Of a stretch of 64,000 bases of DNA, positions 46,601-57,215 are shown piece after piece. The stretch's first letter is position 1. Each line of letters starts with the position of its first letter. The position numbers and the translations under genes were made by a program. Source of the DNA: Bugula neritina (taxonomy: Eukaryota > Animalia > Bryozoa); contig OZ037769.1 in assembly GCA_964035545.1 (NCBI GenBank), forward strand, positions 16,770,633 to 16,834,632, read 5' to 3'. The notes below the pieces were generated by a model, which saw nothing but the letters and a program-made list of their open reading frames with translations, ran no database searches and was not told the origin of the DNA.

Positions 46601-49600
46601 CCAACGACAGATTGCAGACGCCGCGAGACTTCCTTTTTTCACAACCTCTAAAAGTGTGACGTGCATACGCTGAGATATTGCCAGTTATTGTACATCATAA
46701 TAAAGCAGCTGCTTTCACTTTTAAATATTGCTTTAAGTCTTTGAACACAAATCAAAATAAATGAATTTTGCTAAGCCTGGTCGATAATAGAGCATTCCAA
46801 TTTGTAAGTTGGTCTACCAAAAACTACAGCTAAAAATCTATCAATATTTTTATTGGTTGAGAATTTGGTTTTTCAAACTACCATTATAAAAACAGCAATA
46901 ATAAACGTTTCATTAAAGCTGTCACCAGGTAAAGATGTGTCAGCAAATGAAGATGTATTAGCAAATGAAAGGTGTTAGCATACAGCTACCCTTACCTGGC
47001 TGGAACTCTGGCATACTACAGAACTTGCTGAGGGCAGAGAACACTTCGGGGTTCAGGTGACTCTTGTCGTAGAACTCCATGTCCTGGAAGAAGTTCTTGC
47101 TCAGCATCAGCTGCCGTGCTGCCTCCCAGCTGTCCAATAGAATTACATTATATTACATAATATTATTACTTCAATAGATAGTTTATTATGTTATGGTACT
47201 GAAGAATAGTAAAGATTATTATAAAAATATATATAATATATTTTGATATATCATTAAAACTTGATATAGTTTAAAATTAGAACAAATTATATTCTAATAA
47301 TATAACATACTATATTCTAATATTAGAACACAGTAAGTATTATAAAGAACAAAGGTACATACTCAGTAGATGTTTGGTTGAACATGATGCAGAGAGCTTC
47401 ACCGACAATGTGAATAGAGCGAGGAGGTGTGTTGAAAGACTTGAGCTCTAACAGATCTCCGTAATCTAGAGAGTTGATGGCTGCCATGGCAGCGTAATAC
47501 GTCATGTTAACCTAGGAAACAGGAAGTATGTCATGGTAACCTAGGAAACAGGAAGTATGTCATGGTAACCTAGGAAACAGGAAGTATGTCATAGTAACCT
47601 AGGAAACAGGAAGTATGTCATGGTAACCTAGAAGATAGGAAGTATATTATGCTGGTTTATATACACAAAAAAGTAGTTAGTGCATGACTATGGTTAACCT
47701 ACATATTACTATAAAAGTAGGTCATAATAACCTATATACATGTACATGGATCGAGTGACATTAATCATCATAACAATATTATAAACATATAAAAGCATGT
47801 CCTACACTATTAACTTTAAAGTAGGTCATATCAACCAATCAGCAAACGGCAAGTTCTGTTCTTTTATAAACAGTAAACTTGTAGGTGACAATACTAAGTG
47901 AATCTACAAAACATCAAGATATTGAAATGAAAAGGGTGCAGTCGTCAATATACTAGAACTGTAGCCCATCAAACCTTTGTGGAGACTTTATGAAAGTGAG
48001 TAGGTGGATACGGTGAAGATGGAGGAAGTTCTGATGCTTTATGGGTAGATTTAGTTGGTGATTTAGAGACAGGAGAGAGGGTGGGGTTAGAAGAGTCCCT
48101 ACCAGAGGATAAAAGGAAGTTACAGAAATGTGAGCATATAATCTGGAACACAGATAATACCTCAACAGACAGACAAGAGAAGACGATTTGAGAAAGTAGA
48201 AAATATGTAGATATAATAAGATGTGATAGTTTGCCTGTACGATGCTAGACTGTGGTCTGTGATATTGAGGGTGGAAAGAGTGCGAGAGGTGATGGCAGGA
48301 GTCTCGACCTTAGTAGATGGTGACTACAATATAGAACTTGGGTTATTAATGTATTATGTACACAGCAGAGTCAGTTTACACTCAGTGAAACCAATGACAT
48401 CTACATGACCTCTACACGACCTCTACACGACCTCTACACGACCTCTACACTCACCTTATCAAACTCGGCATCAGCTTCACCCCGTAACTCGGCTAACGGC
48501 TTCTTAAGCTCTTCAAGTCTGGCTTCACAGTCTTTGCTGACTTGCAGGGCCTAATATAGATTACATTACTATAGGAAAGATAACTCCGACATTATCAGAT
48601 ACACCATAATATTATAGTAAATTACACTGTTATAGGAAGGATAACTCCAACATTATCAAATACACTTCAATAATATAGTAAATTACACTGTTATAGGAAG
48701 GATAACTCCTGAATTATCAGATACAAATTAATAATATAATAGACAATATTGCCACAGGAAAGATAACTCCTGAATTCTACACACACCATGGTAATATTAC
48801 AGGAGAATTACTTATTTCTTAGCACAGAGCATGGTTACATTACCAAATGAAAAGGAATGACAACTTCGAGTGTCTGATAATACAATTTGGTTTTGAAATC
48901 TTCAAAATACCAGTCATTCATTGGACAAGAGTTTAATCAGAAACGTATTTTGAAGTATATATTTTCAATTACGTATTACGCAGCTTACAATGCCATAATG
49001 TATACACAATTTATGATGACATACACAGTTTATGATGACAACAGTTTCTTACCTCAATATAACGCTCTCTCCATTTCTCCACTTTCTCTCTCAACTCTTT
49101 TACATTCGTGGTAGAGATATCTAGCTTAGGCTCCAACAAATTAGCCTGAGCTTCAAGATTTCGTATTGTGCCAGAAGCTTCGTTCACCTTGTCCAGAACT
49201 TGTTTCAGCAACTTCACCTGACCCTGGCCAACGAGAATGTTACACTGTAATGCATCGCTGACTTTTAACATTATTAAGTAAGATGCTGCCTAATAAATAT
49301 AATTTCTATTTTAAAATTTTTTATGCAAAATGAAATTTTAACACACAGTCAGAAAATGCCTATCAATTTCTGATTATTATTCTAATTGTTTGTTATGTTG
49401 ATTATTTTCATACCTACAACCGATTTTACTTCTGGTTTTGAAAGTGACTTGTCTGGTTAAAGAAGAAATAAAAGGGGCATAACCAGTGCAGGGCATATCA
49501 TTGGAAATAGGAAAATTCCAAACTTTATGATTTTCACAATGAAACTAAAATAAAAACTATAAACGAGATAATGAAGGTCGTACACTCACCTCTGCTCTCT

Positions 49601-52600
49601 TGTGTATGGAGGCAGCAATGTGGTTGTAGAGATGGTGGAACTCCTGAAAGGTGAGTGGACTGTAAATCTTGTGTGCAGGTAAGTTGTTGTGACAATGTCG
49701 TTGGACTATGGCCTGCTCACAGGTCTTCTGCACGTACGCCATGGCCTTGGATATGCAGGTAATCTGATCCATATACAGCTCTCTGCTGAACTTTACCTGC
49801 AGCACACATTGTGGAGGTAACTCCAGCTGCTCAATTAATAGTGAGGGAAAGGGAGTGAATGTAGTAGAAGATTTCTATTATGGCTGTGGGAAAATAATGA
49901 AGCATAGAAGCACTTCATTCTTATTTTCTGTCAGTACAGAGTAACAGAGTGTTAGAGTGTTAGAGTAACAGAGTATCAGAGTAACAGAGTGACATAGGGA
50001 CAGAGTGTTAGAGTAACAGAGTGATGTAAACTATAGCAGGAAATTATTTGCAATTAATAAAAGTGAAAGAAAAGGAAACTTTTTAACTAAACATCTACAA
50101 ATGAATTAAAGTATGACTAATGAAAAGTGATGGAGAGCTCATTGTTGAGATTTACTTCTAATAAACCCACCTTATCCGTAGAGGACTGTGGATTCATCAA
50201 CCACTTCTTTGCCACATACTGGTATGTCTCGATAGACCACGGCTTGTAGCAGTCAACATGAGTCACCTTCGTCAACAGCTGCGGGTATTTCCTCAACAGA
50301 TTGAATGTCTCCATGCTCTTTGACGCTGAAGGTAGATTATCAAGTGTTTATATCAGTTTAATGAATATATCTAATACAAGCAATGCTTTTACAGGATTAA
50401 CTTAGTGTTCATATAATGTCTGAACATATTAAAAATAGCTCAACTTGAAATGCTGACAGTATATATCTTAGGTCAGCGGCACTTAATCAGATGATGATCT
50501 ACCAATAGATATTTATATCACAACTTTTTAGTAGGTCCATCAGCTGGTTGGTTTATGGAAATGCTAGTACACTATTTTCAGAATAGTGAGAAAATAAGAA
50601 AGCAAAAGTAAATATCGAGACGGCCATATTGCTTCTTGTACAACTCATAGTATAAACTTTTGCTTTTACAGTTGAAAAAAGGTTAGTTAGTGTCTGGCAG
50701 TGTGACCTGAACCTTTTTAGGCCAACAGGTAGGGCCAAAGGCTTCATCCTACACTCTATGGGTAAGCACAGGGGATACAGGGATATATGGATAAAAGGGG
50801 TATAGGGGGGGGGGGGGGGGGTGAAAGGGGTGCTGAAGAAGGATAAAAGGGGATATAGGTGTACAAGGAGTGCAAGGGGTATACAAGGGGTGCAAGAGGT
50901 ATAGAGGGGTGTAAGGATACAGGTAATACAAGGGTGCAAGGGGGATACAGGGGAGTAAGGGGCATGGGGATGAGCTAGCTGTACTTACTGGAAATGTCAA
51001 GGGAGACAATCACGTGCATATTCTGCCGAACCTTCTTCAAGTACCTCTCAAACGACAACTCTATCTTATCAAGTTTCTTTGTCTGCACTTGTCCTGGAGT
51101 CATGGCGGTGGCCATGTTCTGCATGTCAAGGTCAGTGTAGAGATCGGGGTAACGTCCTTCGGACATCAAGCTACACAAATCTCGTATTACCGACTCTGGC
51201 ATTCCACTGGAAAGAATCAAAGTGTACAGATGAAATACTCATTCTATTACTGGCTGTAATACAATGACCAGTGTGCATACATAATGTTACACGTATCATT
51301 CATATGCGATATCCTAAGCCACTATATTATATGCCAACAAATGTGCATATAAAATACCAGTTCTACCACGCATTGCATACTCACCTGTGTACATATAAAA
51401 TACTAGTTCTACCATTTACACCGGTCATGTGACTACTCTGAGTAACTTTGCTCTTGAAGTCTGCTAAAGTCTTGGCTTCAGTTTCAAGTGGCTTCACTTC
51501 AAACAGCTACAAGTATTACATCATTACATATATTATATACAGCTACAAGTATTACATCATTGCATATATTATATTCAGATATAAGTATTACACTATACTG
51601 TATATTATATACAGATATAAGTATTAGACTAGCGTGTATATCACATTCATGCAGTATAGCTTTCAATAGAAGAAAATAGAAACACATTTTGTGACTTCTT
51701 TTCTAACTTAATTGAAAGTTCGACATAATATAAAATTACAGTTGAAGCAGATGAAACACAGACCACGCTACCAGGTTAGCGGGCTGAGCTAATTCATAGA
51801 CATCAATAATTAGTAACATTTTCATTTATTTTTCAAATACTAGTATACTAGTAAGCATACTAGTGTATGGAATAATGTACTAGAATATTTTCTTATACTA
51901 GTATATTTTAAGAAATTATTGTGCTAAGATTCTGTTAGCAGAAGACAGAGCAGCGGACAACAGTATGACTCATAGTAGAAAGGCAAACACTCCTCACCTT
52001 ACTGTGACTAATATGACTGGCTAGTCTAATGAGAGTTGTCCTTCCAGCACTGTGTGGTAATCCTAACAGCAGGGCGTGGGCTCCAGCAAACGACTGAAAT
52101 GGTAAGTAATAGAGTGTAAGTATAATATAGTGTAAGTCTAATATAGTGTAAGTATAATATAGTGTAAGTATAATATAGTGTAAGTCTAATATAATGTAAG
52201 TCTAATATAATGTAAGTCTAATATAATGTAAGTCTAATATAGTGTAAGTCTAATATAATGTAAGTCTACTATAGTGTAAGTATAATATAGTGTAAGTATA
52301 TTATAGTGTAAGTATAATATAATGTAAGTATAATAGAGTGTAAGTATAATATAGTGTAAGTCTATTATGGTGTAAGTCTACTATAGTGTAAGTATAATAT
52401 AGTGTAAGTATAATATAATGTAAGTATAATATAGTGTAAGTATAATATAGTGTATGTCTATTAGAGCGTATGTATTAAATAATATATAATATTCTAATAA
52501 ATAACAATTTAACTAAATATGAGTATCTTCAAAAATTGGCAATAATAGTATTCTGATAATTGCAGATTATATTTCATGTAACTTTCAATTCGGATAATTT

Positions 52601-55600
52601 AAAAAAAAAGGTTTAGAAGAGCCCATCAACCCAGCATGTTGAAATAACTTTTCAAAAAACTTAGTGTACCAAAGAGCAAATAACCCTAGTAATTGATAAT
52701 CAAAACAAAGTAATTAAAATAATATTGTTTTTCTTTAGCTTCTGATTCATTCTCCAGTCAATCACAGCGAGACAAGTAACGATAGCCTCATATATACAGA
52801 GTAAATGAGAAGCACAGCTGAATATCAAACTGTAGCCACACAAAACCCACAACACCAGTAAAGTAGCTGAATTATAATTTTTTAACAGAAATGACGTCAG
52901 CTGAGTGAGAGACCTGTCTGGGGGGCCCATATCGCTCTGAGAACTCAAGTAGTGAAACTAATTTCAAAGTACAGCAGTTGAAGTAACTGAGTTTTCACAG
53001 AGAGTTTGATGAGCATATCATCTTATTGGAGTTATCTCTCTTGAACTCATAGTCCGAGTTCCAACTTACCAGTATTCTAGATATGCGGGTGGCGTGTCTC
53101 ACTGCCTCTCTGAAAAACACTAGCCTCAGGTTTCCACGATTGTGTTGATTGTAGATATGGAGACATGCGTCTAGCGCCTCGCCCACCTGTGACTCAGTGT
53201 ACTGCGAGTATCCTCTCTCGCTGCCCATACCCACGTAGTCAGCGTACGTACTGATGTAGTACTTGGAGAAGAGAATCTCACTGAGGTCTTCTGATGACAG
53301 ACTCCTTATCTACAGCAACATGTACAGAGATCATTGCAGTGAGAGACTGGTCGTCATAGCAACAGTGGCACAACTACATGTATATATAGGGCCTATATAT
53401 ATATATATATATATAAAGTTGGTGGTGATTCTAGAGCTCAAAGCATTTACAAGTAAATCTAAAATATTATTGAGCTATTGGTTCAAGTGGAGGTGATTTA
53501 TTTATAGCTATTTTTGAAATCAATGTTGACTGTATTTCATAAAAAGATTTGCATTTTTATTGTTGCTGAAAAAACTGAAAACAAGAGAAACCAACTCCTA
53601 CTTCAATCATATGAAAGTATTATTGACAAAGGTTATGGAAGTTTAAGCTACAATAGTTATATCTGTAACAGCTCAAACCTACTTCAATCAACTTAGTTAT
53701 TCTGTGAAAACTGCAGCTGAAAGTAAAATCCGTTACTTCAATAAAACCAGCATTTTCTAACGTTTTGTACCAAAAGATATGAATGACAGAACGTGTTCAA
53801 CATGGATGAAGAGATGCACTGAGGGACCAGGTGCTGGTATCAAGAGTGAAACAAGCTGAGAGTCAACATCGGGTCTGTACCGCCATCATGTCAGACATTG
53901 TCAGACGGCGCACTGGGTACATCGTGACACATCAAATAAGCAGCTGAGTTAGAGTCACAATGTGGTGTGACAGAGTTGTTAGTATGAAGTGACAGAGCGA
54001 GTTGAGATGACAGAGCGAGTTGAAGTGAACAGATAAACTCAGAATCAATGACCTGCTGACTGCTGCCAAAGGCATAATGTCAGCAGACGTCAGGGAATTA
54101 ATTTCCTCGACACCAGTTGAATAATAAAAGTGGGAGATACGCAGAATAAATGAATTAGTAAAGGATTGCGTTGATGAAGTAATTACTTATATATATGACT
54201 AAGATAAATTAATATCAGCGTGTATTGTGTGTGGCTTCAGTAGTTGGGGAGAAGCTGTATGATTTCATTAATAACTTTGGTTTAATATAGAATAATTTAA
54301 TAATAGAAAGAGGGCTGGGGGCACACTTTCTCTACAGAGAACAATACAATAGTGAATGGGCTACACATTTCATATGCTAATTTATTACTTACAGCTTTAC
54401 TGTATTATACTAACTCAAAGCAGTTCGGCTTTGTTGTTGAGAGAAACTTCAATATTTAACTCATAAATAACTATTAATTTTACATAAATTGTTAGTATTT
54501 GGCCACAGGGTGGTGGTATGCATTTATAAACAGTCTTTGCTGTTTATTTCACAATAAAGCCGACCACAGCAAATAGCTTTGAATTCAACTATTGATTTAA
54601 GGCCAGACTAATGATCAACAGAGTTTTATATGCTGTTTGGACCAGGCAGTAGAAATGGCTTTTATCACTGGATTTATTTGGTTATTTAGCCACTACATGA
54701 AATGGCCCAAACCTCTCCTAGACCAAAATGCAAAGCAGAATTATACAAGCTGATGTTTATAGACAATGAAGTAAATCCCAGGGTATCTTATTTTACTATT
54801 AATATAAAATTTTGGCAGGTTTTAAACTAACAAAACTTTTTCCTATTCCTATCATAGCATAAAGTGTGAATTACTAAAATAGAAGGTACAACTGAGGAGT
54901 GTTGTGGGGCCCCCTTACACTGTGGTTATTCATAATCGTAGTTCTTCATACAGAAGTTACTATACCACAAATGGTAGATGTGGAACAAAACTGTCTCTGC
55001 TTGTACAAAGTTATCTTGATTTGCAATATTTTACTAAAATATTAAATTATTTTAATCACGTTATTTAACCATTTTAATGCATTAAAAATTTCAAGTGGTA
55101 AAGGCAATGTGGTATATCACTAATATCTGTTGCATAGCTGGCCACATGATGCTGTTTCTTTCTAATTTATAGATCTGGTTATTTAGTGCAATCCTATTTG
55201 GGTTCAGGTCTTCTGCTAGATCACTTGTGGCATCTTTCTTATTCTAGACTTGGCTCTTATGTGTTTATTTTACACCATTTGCTAGTAGCTCTAGAGAGCA
55301 CAGGCTTCTAATCCACCCCTGAGAGATACATTACACCCCTGACGGATACAGTACACCCCTGATGGATACAGCACACCCCTGAGGGATACAGCACACCCCT
55401 GATGGATACAGTACACCCCTGAGGGACACAGCACACCCCCGAGGGATATAGTACACCCCTGGTATATACAACACACCCCTGAGGGATACAGTACACCCCT
55501 GAAGGATACAGTACACCCCTGAGGGATATAGTACACCCCTGATGGATACAGTACACCCCTGAGAGATACAGCACACCCCTGAGGGACACAGTACACCCCT

Positions 55601-57215
55601 GATGGATACAGTACACCCCTGAGAGATATAGTACACCCCTGAGAGATACATATAATTGTTTTATTTACTCATCTATCCCAGCAGGTGCCAAATTATAACT
55701 GGGCTGTTGGTTGAATAACGCCTGAGGCAATAATTTGCTAATATTATTGTTAATTATACTGGCAAATGCCAAATATTTAATTGTAAATAACCTCACAGAG
55801 AGAGGGTAAAGCTGTTATTGTTCTAGTAGCTCTGTGTAAGCTGAGAAGACAGCCAATGAGTGCCCTGGATACATCACAGATTTTATTAGAGCCAATTAAA
55901 TCCACTAAAAGTGAATCAAATTTATTGCCACTATTAAAGGGAAGAAACAGATTTTGTTTGCCACTTGAGTCAAGTTATGTAATTAATGTTACAATAGCCA
56001 AGGGACAACAGGCAACACAGAAGGCAGCTGGTAGATTCTGTTGTCCAGACAGAAAGATGGCATAGGGCAGTACAGGATGGTATTTACTGCAGACTATAAA
56101 CCTATCCTGACATGGATGGCATGCTAGTGATTAGGTGGAACAGGTGTTTGTCATGTGCCCCTGCATTCAATGTAATAATTACCTGTATTTAGTGCATACA
56201 TTCACTTCTACAACCAAATTAGGTTGAGACTGGAAGAATATGGCAAGCTTTCCTTATTCTTACCTGTCCATGAAAACATGGCTTTGCAATATTTTGTCTA
56301 TGAGTGACTTCCATATGTTTTCCTTGAGTTCAAGAAAGGGTAGCTTATAATGAAAATACATATTATTAGATATATTGGCCTTTTTGGCAATAGTAGTGAG
56401 GAGTGTGAAAGGTCTCCTATATTTTCACACTTTTTGCTTTAGATTTTAGAACAAAGAAATCGAGTGACAAATCTTGATAATAATTTATCAGTATTACTGG
56501 ATATTTATTGTGTTTTTGTGTTTATATTATCACATTCGATGCACTTAGTCCCTCATCATGTGGTAAAATAATTTCCTCACTAAGTTCAAACCAGGCTGTG
56601 ACCTTAGTTCACACCTCCAACGCTGCCGGCAGCAGTAAACTCCTGGCTTGTTACCAAATATTGTTGGATTATTTATGCAGTATTTCTACTCTGGAATAAT
56701 AATTTTTAAGGTTGAATTATGCAGTGTTTCTACTCTGAAATAATAATTTTCAAGGCTATTAAAGGGAAAATATTTGCTGAGGCAACCCAAGATAGAGCGG
56801 AGAATGTTCTGGAAATAGTAATCAACAGTTTCAACTCCCAGAAACACCGCAAACATTATTTGTGGGCGTAAAATTAAAAAAGCTTATTAAAAATCAAAAG
56901 AATATTAAAATTTCAGATAGTCACATGACTGATGACATCAGCAGTAGCAGTGGCAGCAGCAGCAGCGGCAGCAGATAGTAAAATTTACCTCCTCAAAGTT
57001 CATGAGAGCTCCCTTGTACTCTTCCAGCACCTCCTTGTCAGCAATCAGCCCCATCTTGAAGGTCACGCCCCTTTTGCTGTCTGTTCGTCTCAACACTGAC
57101 CTCTTAGTCTTTATGACTCCTCCCCCTGACCTCTGAGCAGCAGCTTGTTGAATAGCAGTGAGATTTGCTGTAGAGGTCTGTGTGCCCAAGGGTTGTCTCC
57201 TCATAGAGGTAGTTT
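34609..57215 (-). CDS. DNHD1: Divergent dynein heavy chain, DNHD1-like (from just before AAA4 through stalk/MTBD, AAA5, AAA6 and C-terminus); 5' half outside the window
   Basis: About 35 exons, e.g. 57215-56989, 53309-53070, 52093-51998, 51506-51385, 51206-50989, 50325-50171, 49244-49053, 48550-48455, 47511-47363, down to a last exon at about 34989-34609. Motifs: LRLVFFREAVRHATRISRIL, degenerate AAA4 P-loop GLPHSAGRTT, SEGRYPDLYT, DLLELKSFNTPP and WEAARQLM..FFQDMEFYDK (MTBD), SAICRWIHSVYQY, GDAMLVAAICCYLGP, WPVLIDP, VHKNFRLY, GLWLVLHGCHLA, GCYISGLFVHNALWD..FKCPLF. The degenerate motifs and low-complexity inserts fit DNHD1 better than canonical DNAH genes. Confidence 0.85.
35877..36260. repeat. 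14-bp minisatellite (ATGTATGAGTCACA/C)
   Basis: About 28 units, about 25 of them containing TGAGTCA. Confidence 0.95.
40686..40888. repeat. GTGACATGT-based 20/29-bp minisatellite
   Basis: Units such as AGTGACATGTGATGGCATAT. Confidence 0.88.
44931..45003 (+). tRNA. tRNA-Thr(AGT)
   Basis: Complete cloverleaf: acceptor GCCGCCA/TGGTGGC, D-stem GCTC/GAGC, anticodon stem CCTGT/ACAGG with loop CT-AGT-AA, T-arm ATGAG-TTCGATC-CTCAT. A T-run Pol III terminator follows at about 45010. Confidence 0.96.
45981..46210. repeat. 21/25-bp minisatellite
   Basis: Unit TATCATAATATACAGTAAG(TAAG)TG, abutting the dynein acceptor at 45971. Confidence 0.93.
47498..47645. repeat. 29-bp tandem repeat spanning a splice acceptor, 5 copies
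   Basis: Minus-strand unit ACTTCCTGTTTCCTAG|GTTACCATGACAT. Confidence 0.93.
48556..48790. repeat. Degenerate tandem repeat of about 61 bp, 4 copies
   Basis: ATAGGAARGATAACTCC..ATTATCARATACAC core, abutting the acceptor at 48551. Confidence 0.8.
50770..50968. repeat. G-rich low-complexity repeat of about 10 bp with a G17 run
   Basis: AGGGGTRYAC-like units; G run at 50805-50821. Confidence 0.8.
52101..52455. repeat. 16-bp minisatellite (AGTGTAAGTATAATAT)
   Basis: About 22 copies, starting a few nt from the dynein acceptor at 52094. Confidence 0.93.
55314..55650. repeat. 20-bp minisatellite (GTACACCCCTGAGGGATACA)
   Basis: About 17 copies within the dynein intron 53310-56988. Confidence 0.95.

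Noticed and set aside
55291-55651. Cys/Gly/Tyr-rich ORFs of about 100 aa in three frames
   Set aside because: Product of a 20-bp minisatellite.
56264-56416. Open exon-like segment on the minus strand with a good donor
   Set aside because: Phase 2-2 is incompatible with the flanking phase-0 dynein exons, and I recognise no similarity.
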